The notes: a model not told the origin generated them from the sequence alone. Shown: positions 19,688 to 29,643, numbered from the stretch's first letter. The stretch is 64,000 bases of DNA from Gemmatimonadales bacterium (GCA_019637315.1 JAHBVU010000019.1:1371-65370), one strand, 5' to 3'. Translations and numbers: made by a program.

Positions 19688-20566
19688 TTACGCCCGGGTT
19701 GCCGCGAGGCGCTCGGCCCAGACGGCCAGCCCGGGAGCATCGAGCCCGTCGGCGAGGACCCGGAAGTCAGGCGTGGCGCCGGTCCAGCGCAGTTCATCGA
19801 CGTCGCGGAACAGCTCCGTGTCATCGCGCAGTGTGGCGAGCTGGCGGAAGAGCAGCGCCCTATCCCGTTCGGCCGCGAGGGTGGTCGCGAGCCGGGCCGC
19901 ACCGCGAACGCTGACCGCCCACGCGGCTGGATCCGAGGGAATCGCCTCGATGTGGCCGTAGTGCGCCAGGACCGTCGCGGCGCTCTTCTCGCCCCAGCCG
20001 GGAAGGCCCGGGTAGCCGTCGGCCGTGTCGCCCACCAGCGCGAGCCAGTCGGGAATCGACGCCGGGGGCACTCCAAACTTTGCGACGACGCCCGGTTCGT
20101 TGCGCACCTGACGACGCATCCGGTCGAACTGAACGACCCGGTCGCCCACGACCGCTTGGCTCAGATCTTTGTCCGGGGTGCAGATCATCACCTGCGTGAC
20201 GCGCGGATCGGCGGCCGCAATCCGTGCGGCCGAGGCGAGGCCGTCGTCCGCCTCGAGCTCGATCATGGGCCAGACCACGACACCCATCGAACGGAGCGCC
20301 GCCTCGAGCGGATGGAACTGCGAGAAGAGGGCAGGGTCGATGCCGTCGCCCGTCTTGTAGCCGGACCAGAGACTGTTCCGGAACGACTCGATCACATGAT
20401 CCGTCGCAACGCCGACGTGGGTGGCGCCGCTCTCGAGGAGGCGGAGCACGGAGTTGAGCACGCCGACGGTGGCGCCGACCTCACGTCCGTCGCGGTCTGA
20501 GGCGGGCGGAACAGCGTAGAAATGACGGAACAATTCGAAGGTGCCGTCGATCAGGTGAACGATCAT
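19688..20566 (-). CDS. 5'-3' exonuclease (FEN/Pol I N-terminal-like, stand-alone)
   Basis: MIVHLIDGTFELFRHFYA..., acidic metal-site motifs (ELEADD, PDKDL) and an H3TH region GDTADGYPGLPGWGEKSA. Confidence 0.85.
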   Translation of the reverse strand: MIVHLIDGTFELFRHFYAVPPASDRDGREVGATVGVLNSVLRLLESGATHVGVATDHVIESFRNSLWSGYKTGDGIDPALFSQFHPLEAALRSMGVVVWPMIELEADDGLASAARIAAADPRVTQVMICTPDKDLSQAVVGDRVVQFDRMRRQVRNEPGVVAKFGVPPASIPDWLALVGDTADGYPGLPGWGEKSAATVLAHYGHIEAIPSDPAAWAVSVRGAARLATTLAAERDRALLFRQLATLRDDTELFRDVDELRWTGATPDFRVLADGLDAPGLAVWAERLAATRA

Positions 20567-20664
20567 CCCGGAAACGTATCGCGATCGAGGTCGAAACGCT
20601 TCCACTCGTCAGACTCCGGGCTTATGCTACAAGCTTCACTCCGCCACAATCTCGAGGTCATCAA

Positions 20665-22182
20665 ATGCGACGACGCTTGTCACCGATCGCCTTCTGTCTG
20701 GCGCTCCTTCTCGCGCTGATTGCGCCGCTCTCGGCGCAAAGATCCGCCGCCCCCAACCTGGCCGGCTTCGACCAGTGGGTTACCTCTGTCATGGCTGAGT
20801 GGAAGGTGCCCGGCCTTGCGGTCGGTGCCGTTCAGGATGGCAAGGTCGTGTTCATCAAGGGGTACGGGCTTCGCGACGTCGAGGCCAGACTGCCCGTTAC
20901 CCCGCAGACCGTGATGGCCATCGGCTCCAACTCCAAATCGTTCACCGCAGTGCTGATGGCCATGCTCGCGGACGAGAAGAAGCTCGACTGGGACACCCCG
21001 GTTCGAACCTATCTCCCCGACTTTCGGCTCTATGACGAGATTGCCACTCAGGAATTGACGCCGAAAGATCTCGTGACGCACCGCTCCGGGCTGCCGCGGC
21101 ACGACAATCTCTGGTATGGCCGTCCGTTCACGCGGGAGCAACTCTTCCAGCGGCTTCGTTATCTCGAGCCGAGTGCGTCGATTCGGTCGCGGTATCAGTA
21201 TCAGAATCTGATGTTCCTCGCCGCTGGCGTCCTGACGGAACGCCTGACGGGCCGGACCTGGGAACAGCAGCTGCAGGAGCGGATCTTCACGCCACTCGGT
21301 ATGTCGCGCGCCAGTGCGTCGGCCAATGACATCGTCCGAGCCGGCGACTTTGCCTACCCGTACATGATCCGGGATGGCGCGGTGGTGCGGGTGCCGTATC
21401 GGAACATCGACGCCGTCGGTCCTGCCGGTTCGATCAACGCGAGCGTGGAGGACATGCTCAAGTACATCCAGTTCCGGATCGATCAGGGCACCAGCGGTGG
21501 CACCCGTCTGGTGTCGGAGGCGCAGGAGCGGCTGCTGCAGAGTCCGCACATGGTGTCAGGCGCCGGATTCAGCTACCCCGAGCTGGGGTTGGGCAACTAC
21601 GGGCTTGGGGTTGGTGTCTCGACCTATCGCGGCCACAAGATCGTCAGCCACGGCGGCGGAATCGACGGCTTTATCTCGGCGATGTCGTGGCTGCCTGATC
21701 GTAAGATGGGCATCATGGTGGTGACCAACTTCTCGGGCGACAATCCTTTGCCGGTCATGGTGATGCGCACGCTGTACGACCGCTTGCTGGGCGCGCCGGC
21801 GGTCGACTGGGCGGCCCGCGAGCGGACCGAGTCGGCGCAGAATCAGGAGCGGCAGAAGCGGCAGCGCGAGGCCCGGATGGCGGAGCGCAAGATGGGGACC
21901 TCGCCGAGTCAGTCGTTGGCGGCGTATGCCGGAAGCTATGAACACGCCGGGTACGGGACGCTGGTCGTGACGGTGGATGGCGGCAAGCTGACCGCGACGC
22001 TGGATCCGCACCGGGTCTCGCTGGATCACTTCCACTACGATGTCTGGGAAATCAACGATCCAGGCAACATCGTGCCGTTCGGGGGGCGGTTGCAGTTCCT
22101 GACCAATGCCAAGGGCGAAATCGATCAGGTCGCCTTTCCGCTCGAGCCCAACGTGGCAGCTATCCGCTTTACCCGGAAGTAG
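20665..22182 (+). CDS. Serine hydrolase, beta-lactamase/PBP-like (class C fold) with a C-terminal DUF3471-like domain
   Basis: Signal peptide, SxxK motif (GSNSKSF), YxN-like region, and a C-terminal GSYEHAGYGTLVVTVDGGKL module. Confidence 0.85.
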   Translation: MRRRLSPIAFCLALLLALIAPLSAQRSAAPNLAGFDQWVTSVMAEWKVPGLAVGAVQDGKVVFIKGYGLRDVEARLPVTPQTVMAIGSNSKSFTAVLMAMLADEKKLDWDTPVRTYLPDFRLYDEIATQELTPKDLVTHRSGLPRHDNLWYGRPFTREQLFQRLRYLEPSASIRSRYQYQNLMFLAAGVLTERLTGRTWEQQLQERIFTPLGMSRASASANDIVRAGDFAYPYMIRDGAVVRVPYRNIDAVGPAGSINASVEDMLKYIQFRIDQGTSGGTRLVSEAQERLLQSPHMVSGAGFSYPELGLGNYGLGVGVSTYRGHKIVSHGGGIDGFISAMSWLPDRKMGIMVVTNFSGDNPLPVMVMRTLYDRLLGAPAVDWAARERTESAQNQERQKRQREARMAERKMGTSPSQSLAAYAGSYEHAGYGTLVVTVDGGKLTATLDPHRVSLDHFHYDVWEINDPGNIVPFGGRLQFLTNAKGEIDQVAFPLEPNVAAIRFTRK

Positions 22183-23041
22183 CCCGTTCGTCGTCGTTGA
22201 GGCGCCGCCATCGTGCACCTCCCGATGGCGGCGCTTCTGTATTCGGTCGCGCCACCATGCCCGCTGACTCCAACGCCAGCAAGTGCGCCAGCAGCGACTG
22301 CGCGGCTGCCGGGTAGAGCACGGGGTCGATGTCCGTGTAGATCCGGCGGACCAGGCCCTCCAGCGTATCCGGCTGCTCTGCCAGCGCGTCGAGCGCCTGC
22401 CGTGTCCGCATCATCCGGTGCTCGCGAAGCGCCTGGAGCCTTCCGTACGGATCGACCACGGCTTCGCCGTGGGCGGGGTAGAGGGCCGCCAGATCCGGCA
22501 GGCGCAGCATCCGCTCCAGCGACGCGAGGTAGTCCGGCAGATTGCCTTCCGGTGGCATGATGATCGTGCTCGACCAGGCCATCACGGTGTCACCGGGGAA
22601 GAGGGCCCCTTCCGCAGGGTAGTGGAACGAAAGGTGGTCGGCGGTGTGCCCCGGCGTGTGGAGCACGTGGACCAGGGCATCTCCCAGGGGAATCGTGTCG
22701 CGATCCGCCAGGGTGCGATCGACCCGAAACCCGGCGTGGTGACCGAAGAACATCACCGGCGCCCCCAGTCGCTCGGCCAGTTGCGGAGCGAGCGGCCAGT
22801 GGTCGGGGTGTCCGTGACTCGGAACTACCGCGCGGACCGAGGCGTTGCCCACGGCCGCGATGATGCGGTCGGCGTGGCCGTCGTCGCGCGCTTCACCGGG
22901 GTCGAGAATCAGCAGGTCGGAGGTGCCGATCAGATGGGTATTGGTGCCCGGGCCGGTGAACGGTCCCGGGTTCTGCTGCGTGATGCGACGGATCGACGGC
23001 GCGAGGGTGACGGTCTCGCCATAGCGGATCGGCGGGGTCAT
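22169..23041 (-). CDS. MBL-fold metallo-hydrolase
   Basis: HxHxDH motif (PSHGHPDHW). 290 aa. Its start overlaps the upstream NUDIX gene stop by 4 nt. Confidence 0.85.
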   Translation of the reverse strand: MTPPIRYGETVTLAPSIRRITQQNPGPFTGPGTNTHLIGTSDLLILDPGEARDDGHADRIIAAVGNASVRAVVPSHGHPDHWPLAPQLAERLGAPVMFFGHHAGFRVDRTLADRDTIPLGDALVHVLHTPGHTADHLSFHYPAEGALFPGDTVMAWSSTIIMPPEGNLPDYLASLERMLRLPDLAALYPAHGEAVVDPYGRLQALREHRMMRTRQALDALAEQPDTLEGLVRRIYTDIDPVLYPAAAQSLLAHLLALESAGMVARPNTEAPPSGGARWRRLNDDERATSG

Positions 23042-23868
23042 GGCAGGAAAGCGCGGTCCCGTCCCTCGCGGTCGAGCAGGGAGATGTCGGGTTCACCCAG
23101 ATCGTAATCCTCGTCGCCGGGCAGCACGAGCCGACCCTGGTACACCTTGGGCAGAATCGCCGGCAGCGGCAGCCGCTGACGACGTGCCCAGCTGACGGCC
23201 TCTGCAGCCGACGGGTGATCGGCAATGGCGCGAAGGTTGGCCATGGTTGGCAGAATGATCTGCCACTCGCGCTTCCGAGCCCGCTCGGTGGCCTCGTCCG
23301 GACGGACCCAGTCCGAATCGGTCAGCTCCCAGTCGTCGTGCGCGGCAACCTGATTGGCCGGCGCCTCGGCCGCGAAGAAACGCGTGTCGAAACGGCGCGG
23401 CTCGCCCATCGGGGTAATCCAGTGGGAGAGGTACGCCAGACGATCGAGGGCGAGGGTCAGGTCTTCCTGTTCGAGCAGCGCGCCGAAAGACAGGGTGCCT
23501 GCGTTCAGCCGATCACGGAGCGACCGGTAGTGGGCATCGGCCTCCGGCGCGCTGAAGTCGAGCAGGTTGCCCTGCCGGTCGTAGGCGAGCAGCACGCCAG
23601 CTTCTTCAAAACACTCGCGCACGGCCGCGACGTGGAACGCCAATCCTTGTCCGGCCACACCAAGCCGTTGATCGGCGGTGCGGGCATCGAGACCGCTGCA
23701 GCGACCCGGGTCGATCGCGTCGAGTACGTCGACCCGCCCGCCCGGAAACACGTACGCACCGCCGACGAACGCCGAGCTTGGATTGCGGCGGACCATGAAG
23801 ACCTCGACGCCGACCGCTGCATCACGAAGCAGCAGAATCGTCGCGGCAGGGCGAATTGCCATTGTCAA
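23038..23868 (-). CDS. NUDIX hydrolase
   Basis: NUDIX box GGRVD...AAVRECFEEAGV. The ORF-track start at 23868 is TTG, and ATG at 23862 is an alternative start. Confidence 0.8.
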   Translation of the reverse strand: MTMAIRPAATILLLRDAAVGVEVFMVRRNPSSAFVGGAYVFPGGRVDVLDAIDPGRCSGLDARTADQRLGVAGQGLAFHVAAVRECFEEAGVLLAYDRQGNLLDFSAPEADAHYRSLRDRLNAGTLSFGALLEQEDLTLALDRLAYLSHWITPMGEPRRFDTRFFAAEAPANQVAAHDDWELTDSDWVRPDEATERARKREWQIILPTMANLRAIADHPSAAEAVSWARRQRLPLPAILPKVYQGRLVLPGDEDYDLGEPDISLLDREGRDRAFLP

Positions 23869-24062
23869 ACGCGCGGTCCTCCTCAGTGAACCTCGGTCAC
23901 TGGAATGATACCCCGTCGGTCCGATGCCCGGAAACCGATCGATCGCTGGCTGGAGCGATCTCGCGGCATGTGTGCGAGCGAGCGATGGCGGTCGTCCGAG
24001 TTCTAAGGGCGGGCTCGTTTACCCTGCCGCCCGAACCATCGTCGAGAAGGAGGGACGTTGCG

Positions 24063-24293
24063 ATGACCCGTCATACTCCAGGCGTACTTGAGTCGCTGGT
24101 CTCCCGCATTCGCCGCTGGTTCTCCGGACGTCCGGACAGCGGTGAGCCCGGGCCAACGACACCGTCGCAGGTCACGGCGCAGCCCGCCGATACGCCCCTG
24201 GGTCAGCCAGGACGGAATCAGGAAGACCGGCTCGACGAGGCGCTTCAGGAAACGATGCCCACCAGCGACCCGATTTCGGTGCGCATCGAGTAG
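24063..24293 (+). CDS. Small hypothetical protein (76 aa)
   Basis: AAGGAGGG SD about 9 nt upstream of ATG 24063. C-terminal EALQETMPTSDPIS resembles a recurrent '...FPASDP' tail seen in small bacterial proteins. Confidence 0.45.
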   Translation: MTRHTPGVLESLVSRIRRWFSGRPDSGEPGPTTPSQVTAQPADTPLGQPGRNQEDRLDEALQETMPTSDPISVRIE

Positions 24294-24313
24294 ACCTCCA
24301 TTCCCGTGCGCTC

Positions 24314-26188
24314 CTAGCGAGCGGACAGCGTGGCTGCGGCCGTGCCCGAGGGTGCCTCCGTCGTGAAGAGCTCGATCGAGAGCTGACCCGCGTCGAGCGC
24401 CGACCGATTGACGCCGACCAGTGTCAGCACGCCTTCGCCGGTCAGCGTGCCGGGACGCACCAGCCGTTCGATGACCGGGCCCGGCGTACCGCCGCTGTTA
24501 CGCCGGAGCACCACAGCGTTCACCTGGTCGGCCGGCACGCCAGTCACCCGGACCCGATAGCGCAGGTCTCCCGTGCTTGGCTCGAAGCTGAACTCCCCGA
24601 CCGTGCGACCCGAACCGTTGCCGCCGCGAACCGTAAACCTCTGCGCGGCTGGCGCGCGTCCGCGGACCAGCGGGGGCGTATTGGGTGGCGGCCGTCGGCG
24701 CGGCCCGACCCGCTCAAAGGCGGCCGCAATGGCTACGAGTCGGACATCATCGTACGGGCGGCCGAGCATTTCGTAGGCAACCGGAAGCCCGTCCGCCGTG
24801 AAGCCGGCCGGCGCACTCAGGGCCGGCATCCCCGAGTTGGCACTGAGCTGACAGGTGCCCCCGAGTTGCGGATCGCCGACGAGGACGGGTCGTCGCTGCA
24901 TGGTTGGATAGACCAGGGCGTCGAGCTTGAGGCTGTCGAGGACGGCCACGAGGCGCTCCCGCAGCACCGCGCGCCCAGCCAGCGTCTGACGATAGGGTTC
25001 GCTGTTCGGCGACGAAACGGTATCGGCGCGGCGGAAGCGGGCATCGAGCGCGTCATGGTAGAGACCGCGGTCGAGGATTTCGCTCAGGCTCGCAACCGGG
25101 GCGCCCGGCACGCGGCTCAGGTACTCTGCCAGGTCGAACTTGGTTTCGTAGTTGAGCACGCCGGAGGCTCGCAGCAGGCCATCGAGCTCCGGAATCGCGA
25201 CCGGGACCAGCTCGGCGCCATGCTGCGCCATGGCCGCAGCCGCGGCGCGCACAGTGTCGCGGATATCGGCGTCGGCAGCTTCGATCAGGGCGGTCAGCAT
25301 GCCGAGTCGCACGCCGCGCAAGCTGGCCGAGTCGACCGCCGCCAGGAAGCGGAACGGCGGGCGATTGGCGAGCGATGCCGTGGTCGGGTCGGCCGGGTCG
25401 TAGCCGACACTGACCTCGAGGGCAATCGCCAGGTCCGCAGCGGTGCGGGCCAGGGGGCCGGCAATATCCTGGGTGTGCGAGAGTGGCTGGACCCCCGATC
25501 GGCTGACCAGACCCTGCGTCGGCCGAAGCCCGAACAGGCTGTTGTAAGCCGCCGGGATCCGGATCGATCCGCAGGTATCGCTGCCCCAGCCGATGGCGGC
25601 AAAGCTCGCCGCAATGGCGACACCGGTTCCGCCGCTCGAGCCGCCGGGGCAGCGGCGCGGGTCGTACGGATTGCGGGTCTGGCCGCCCAGCGACGAGATC
25701 GAGGTGATCCCGGCGGCCAACTCGTGCATGTTGGTCTTGCCGAGAATGATGGCGCCGGCCTCACGGAGGCGTTGCACCACGAACGCGTCGGCCCCCGGCC
25801 GGAGCGTTGCGAGCGCCAGCGAGGACCCGCTGGTTGGCGCGTCGGCCGTGTCGAAGTTGTCTTTGAGAAGAATCGGAATGCCGTGCAGGGGTCCGCGCAC
25901 CCGCCCGGCGCGTCGCTCGGCGTCGAGTCGGGCGGCGTCGGTGCGGGCGGAGGCGCTCTGACGAATCACGCTGTTGAGGCCGGGGCCGCCGACATCGTAG
26001 GCTGCGATCCGCGCCAGGTAGGCATCGACCAGGGCTACCGAGGTCACTGTGCCGGCCTGGAGAGCGGCTTGCAACTCGCGGGCGGAGCGCTCGGTCACGT
26101 CGAAGCTTGCCTGCGCAGCGAGGCAGGCGGGTCCAGTGGCGAGCAGCAAGGCTGCTCCGAGCCGACGACCGAACGGGGCGATGCGCAT
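24314..26188 (-). CDS. Amidase (amidase-signature family) with signal peptide and an extra C-terminal ~130-aa domain
   Basis: AS motifs GGSSGG and KDNFDT. Start at MRIAPFGRRLGAALLLATGPACLAAQ with GGAG SD. The C-terminal beta-rich extension is faintly CHRD-like. Confidence 0.85.
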   Translation of the reverse strand: MRIAPFGRRLGAALLLATGPACLAAQASFDVTERSARELQAALQAGTVTSVALVDAYLARIAAYDVGGPGLNSVIRQSASARTDAARLDAERRAGRVRGPLHGIPILLKDNFDTADAPTSGSSLALATLRPGADAFVVQRLREAGAIILGKTNMHELAAGITSISSLGGQTRNPYDPRRCPGGSSGGTGVAIAASFAAIGWGSDTCGSIRIPAAYNSLFGLRPTQGLVSRSGVQPLSHTQDIAGPLARTAADLAIALEVSVGYDPADPTTASLANRPPFRFLAAVDSASLRGVRLGMLTALIEAADADIRDTVRAAAAAMAQHGAELVPVAIPELDGLLRASGVLNYETKFDLAEYLSRVPGAPVASLSEILDRGLYHDALDARFRRADTVSSPNSEPYRQTLAGRAVLRERLVAVLDSLKLDALVYPTMQRRPVLVGDPQLGGTCQLSANSGMPALSAPAGFTADGLPVAYEMLGRPYDDVRLVAIAAAFERVGPRRRPPPNTPPLVRGRAPAAQRFTVRGGNGSGRTVGEFSFEPSTGDLRYRVRVTGVPADQVNAVVLRRNSGGTPGPVIERLVRPGTLTGEGVLTLVGVNRSALDAGQLSIELFTTEAPSGTAAATLSAR

Positions 26189-26210
26189 GCGAGAATACTC
26201 CAACCGAGGT

Positions 26211-26248
26211 GAAACAGAACGGCGGGCCACTCGTTGGGCCCGCCGTTC
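26211..26248 (-). terminator. Rho-independent terminator after the beta-propeller gene
   Basis: On the minus strand: GAACGGCGGGCC-caacgagt-GGCCCGCCGTTC (12-bp stem) followed by TGTTTC. Confidence 0.75.
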
Positions 26249-26293
26249 GCGACCAGAACCGGGTGCCGCGACGGTGCCGCGGTGCCGAGCAGG

Positions 26294-27544
26294 TTACTTG
26301 CCGGCGGCCGGCTCCATCTTCCAGAACGCGATGCCGCCCGCCTGCTGCCCGACGTCGACGGTAGCGACCTTCGCGAGCGCCTGCAGGTCGTAGATGTCGA
26401 CCTTGCCAGGCTCGGCGCCTTTGCCCTCGTTGCTCACGAAGGCGTAGCGGGAGTCCGGGGTGATGACGACGCCATGGGTTACCGTCGTCGAACTGGTAAA
26501 CTTGCCGACCTGCTTGCCGGTGGTGAGGTCGACGACTTCGACGCCGTTGCCCTGCTTGAGCGTGATCACCAGCAGCTTGCCGTCGGGCGAGGTGGCGAGG
26601 TTGTACGGCCCGCGACCGGCAGCAAAACGGCGGCTCACGGCCCACGCGCCGTGGTCGACTTCCAGAATCTCATCCGACTTGTTGCAGGCCACATAGATCC
26701 GGGCTCCATCCGCCGACGGCTGCGCCCAGGTGGGTGAGCAACTCTGCGGTTCCATCGCGTGGCGCATGCCGCGGTAGCCGACATCGGCGGGGTCGACTTC
26801 GGTGCCGGGTCGGGCCGGGGCATGCCCGCTGTGCATATGCGCAGCCATCGCGCCGCGATCGTCGACGGGCAGGGGACCTTCCTTCCCCTTGGCCACCGAG
26901 AACCGGCGGGAGACTGCAAACTTGCGGGTGTCGATCTCGACCAGCTGATCGTCCATCATGCAGCCCGAGTAATGAAAGCGGCCGCTCGGATCGATCCGGC
27001 TGCCGTGGGGCATGGTGCAGGTGATGATCCGGGTGACCTCGGTGTGAGTCGGCGTGTAGACCACCGAGAAGGTCGAGGGCACCATGTCGCCGTGCAAGTT
27101 GAAGTTCGCCGCCAGGGCGTAGAGTCCGTCCGGCGAGATGTCGATCGAGGCAGGGAAGTTGCCGAGCAATACGCCCGGACCGACCAGGGTGTCCGGACCA
27201 AGCTCGTAGCGCCAGTACTTGCCGTCAGGAAAACCATGACCGGTCGTCATGTGCAGGTACTTGCCGTCGCGCGAAATGGCCAGGCCGTGCGGGCCTTCCA
27301 TCTCCGCGGCGAGCTCACCCACGGGTATGGTCTTTTCCACCGTGGCCCCGTCCGGCCCAAACCGGATCCGATGGATCAGGTCGGCCGACTCGGCGCCGAC
27401 ATAGGCCCAGTAGGTGGCCTTGGGCGGTGCCGGCTTGGCGGCCTGGGCCGCGAGCTCGGGTGCCTCGAAGGCGGCCAGCCCGGCCAGCACCCCGACCAGG
27501 GTCAACGAAAGGCTCGTCTTGCGCGTAGGGCTAATCGTCCGCAT
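26294..27544 (-). CDS. YncE/YVTN-type beta-propeller repeat protein, secreted
   Basis: Start at MRTISPTRK... with GAGGAAGGTGG SD. Repeated propeller-blade motifs (...SPDGKYL..., ...SPDGLYA..., ...SPDGKLL..., ...TPDSRYA...). A His-rich insert MAAHMHSGHAP. Confidence 0.75.
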   Translation of the reverse strand: MRTISPTRKTSLSLTLVGVLAGLAAFEAPELAAQAAKPAPPKATYWAYVGAESADLIHRIRFGPDGATVEKTIPVGELAAEMEGPHGLAISRDGKYLHMTTGHGFPDGKYWRYELGPDTLVGPGVLLGNFPASIDISPDGLYALAANFNLHGDMVPSTFSVVYTPTHTEVTRIITCTMPHGSRIDPSGRFHYSGCMMDDQLVEIDTRKFAVSRRFSVAKGKEGPLPVDDRGAMAAHMHSGHAPARPGTEVDPADVGYRGMRHAMEPQSCSPTWAQPSADGARIYVACNKSDEILEVDHGAWAVSRRFAAGRGPYNLATSPDGKLLVITLKQGNGVEVVDLTTGKQVGKFTSSTTVTHGVVITPDSRYAFVSNEGKGAEPGKVDIYDLQALAKVATVDVGQQAGGIAFWKMEPAAGK

Positions 27545-27602
27545 CGTTCCACCTTCCTCGCCAAACTTACGGATGTCCGTCACCCGTCGTGGAGTCATTC
27601 GC

Positions 27603-29624
27603 ATGAAGCTAACTCGTATCGGCGCCATCCCAACAGCGTTACTGCTCCTCCCGCTGGTCGGGGCGCCCCTCCAGGCGCAGAGCCCGGCCGTCGCCAAGCT
27701 GGTGGCGGAGCCGACGGCCCTGCGGATTCAGGCCGGTGACTCGACCCGGATCCGGATCCGGGCCTATGACGCCCAGGGTCGCGAGATTGCCGACCCGGAG
27801 GTCCGGGTTTTCGGCACCCGCCGAGCGGTCGCCTACAGTGACGGTATGGTCCACGCCCTGGCGGCCGGAACTCATACTCTGACAGCGGCGGCCCAGGGCT
27901 CGGGCGGAAGTCCGATCATGCTGGAAATCCCGGTGACCGTGACTTGGCCACAGATCACTAAGCTGGAGATTGTGGCCGATCAGGGCAAGCTCTACACCGG
28001 GGTGACCCTGGCTCACCGGGCCCGGGGCCTTCACGCCGACGGCAGCGAGCGACCGGGACTGGCCCCGACCTGGCGCAGTTCCGACCCGTCGGTGGCCACG
28101 GTCGACCGGTTCGGCAACGTCCGCGGCGTCAAGCCGGGCACGGTGACGATCTCGGCACAGGATGCCGGGGCGTCGGCTACGCTGACGCACACGGTTGCTG
28201 CACATCCGGTCACGGCGCTGGAGATTTCGCTGCCCGACTCGACGCTCAGGACCGGCGACGTGATCCACCTCAAGGCCGTGGCTCGGGGTGCCGGAGGACG
28301 GGTCGTGACCGACGCTCCGGTCACCTGGAGCTACAGCTATGTGCCCGCCGACACCGTGGCGCCGTCGGGGCTTCCAGGTGGATCCGGCATCGTTCAGTTC
28401 GGACGCTTCGCGGCGAACCATCCGGGGCGGTACACCGTCATGGCGCGGTCCGGGACCGCCTTTGCCGAGAAGACGCTCGAGGTCGTCGAGCGGAGTGCCC
28501 GGCGCCCAATTCAGATCACTGCCCGTGGCAACATCAACCACGTGCACACCTCCGATCTCTGGCCCTGGGCAGGGAAGGACGGCCGCGACTATGCGCTGGT
28601 CGGGACCTGGGGCGGCGACGGCTATGCCTACGTCTTCGACATTACGGACCTCAATAACCTGGTCAAGACCGACTCGATCAAGATCGACGCCCGCACCATC
28701 AACGACGTCACGGTGTCACCCGACGGCCGCTACGGAGTGCTGGCGCGTGAAGGCGCGTCGAACCGGATCAACGGCGTCGTGATTCTCGATCTGGCCAATC
28801 CGCGGCACCCCAAGGTCGCGTCGACCTTCGAGCAGGAACTCACCGGCGGCGTGCACAACATGTTTGCCACCGATGACTACCTCTACGCCATCTCCGGCGG
28901 GGCCAAGTACGTCATCATCGACATGAGCGACATTTACAAGCCGAAGTATGTCAGCGAGTACCGCCACCCGAATGCCCGGATTCACGATCTCTGGGTCAAG
29001 GACGGCATTGCCTACTCGGCGCAGGGCGGGGCGGGGACGGTGGTTGTCGACGTTGGCAACGGGAAGTGGGGCGGCTCGCCCCAGAATCCGAAGCTGATTA
29101 CGACCTACGCGGTCAACAGCGGTCACGAAATCTTCCCGTACTACCAGGAGTCGACCGGGCGGACCTACCTGTTCATCGGCGACGAAGAGATGAACCGGTC
29201 CAATCGGGTCTGGGCCGGCACCAACTATCGCAACGAGATGACCACACCGGGCGGCGTACCGCAGACGTCCGGCGGATACGTCCATATCGTCGACTTCACC
29301 GATCCGATGAAGCCGATGCCGGTGGGCCGTTATCACATCGAGGACTTCGGTGCGCACGACATCATCGTCAAGGACGACGTGCTCTACCAGGCCTACTATG
29401 AAGGTGGCGTGCGGGTCGTCGATGTCTCCGGCGAGCTGATGGGCAACCTGGTCGACCAGGGCCGTGAGATTGCCGTGTTCAAACCGTACGATCCGAAGGG
29501 CTTCACGCCCAATGCGTCGTTCGTGATGAACGCCATGCCGTGGAAAGGGCATGTGCTCTTCACGGACTTCAACACGGGTCTGTGGGCGGCGCGGGTCATG
29601 CCGAAGGAAACGCTGACGCCCTGA
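27603..29624 (+). CDS. Secreted protein with Big_2-like Ig domains followed by LVIVD-repeat beta-propeller
   Basis: Signal ...PLVGAPLQAQ. Ig-like repeats (VATVDRFGNVRGVKPGTVTISA). LVIVD-type repeats GVVILDL, KYVIIDMS, GTVVVDVG, YVHIVDFT and GVRVVDVS. Confidence 0.8.
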   Translation: MKLTRIGAIPTALLLLPLVGAPLQAQSPAVAKLVAEPTALRIQAGDSTRIRIRAYDAQGREIADPEVRVFGTRRAVAYSDGMVHALAAGTHTLTAAAQGSGGSPIMLEIPVTVTWPQITKLEIVADQGKLYTGVTLAHRARGLHADGSERPGLAPTWRSSDPSVATVDRFGNVRGVKPGTVTISAQDAGASATLTHTVAAHPVTALEISLPDSTLRTGDVIHLKAVARGAGGRVVTDAPVTWSYSYVPADTVAPSGLPGGSGIVQFGRFAANHPGRYTVMARSGTAFAEKTLEVVERSARRPIQITARGNINHVHTSDLWPWAGKDGRDYALVGTWGGDGYAYVFDITDLNNLVKTDSIKIDARTINDVTVSPDGRYGVLAREGASNRINGVVILDLANPRHPKVASTFEQELTGGVHNMFATDDYLYAISGGAKYVIIDMSDIYKPKYVSEYRHPNARIHDLWVKDGIAYSAQGGAGTVVVDVGNGKWGGSPQNPKLITTYAVNSGHEIFPYYQESTGRTYLFIGDEEMNRSNRVWAGTNYRNEMTTPGGVPQTSGGYVHIVDFTDPMKPMPVGRYHIEDFGAHDIIVKDDVLYQAYYEGGVRVVDVSGELMGNLVDQGREIAVFKPYDPKGFTPNASFVMNAMPWKGHVLFTDFNTGLWAARVMPKETLTP

Positions 29625-29643
29625 TTCGCGTCGTTCGGTCTTT

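Noticed and set aside
20646-20659. 14-nt identical motif ACAATCTCGAGGTC, also present at 31381-31394, and several other (T/C)CTCGAGG occurrences in intergenic regions
   Set aside because: A few exact 14-mers are expected by chance in 2 x 64 kb. In most cases the GAGG part is simply the Shine-Dalgarno of the adjacent gene, and CTCGAG is common in this GC-rich DNA. This is not enough to call a shared regulatory motif.
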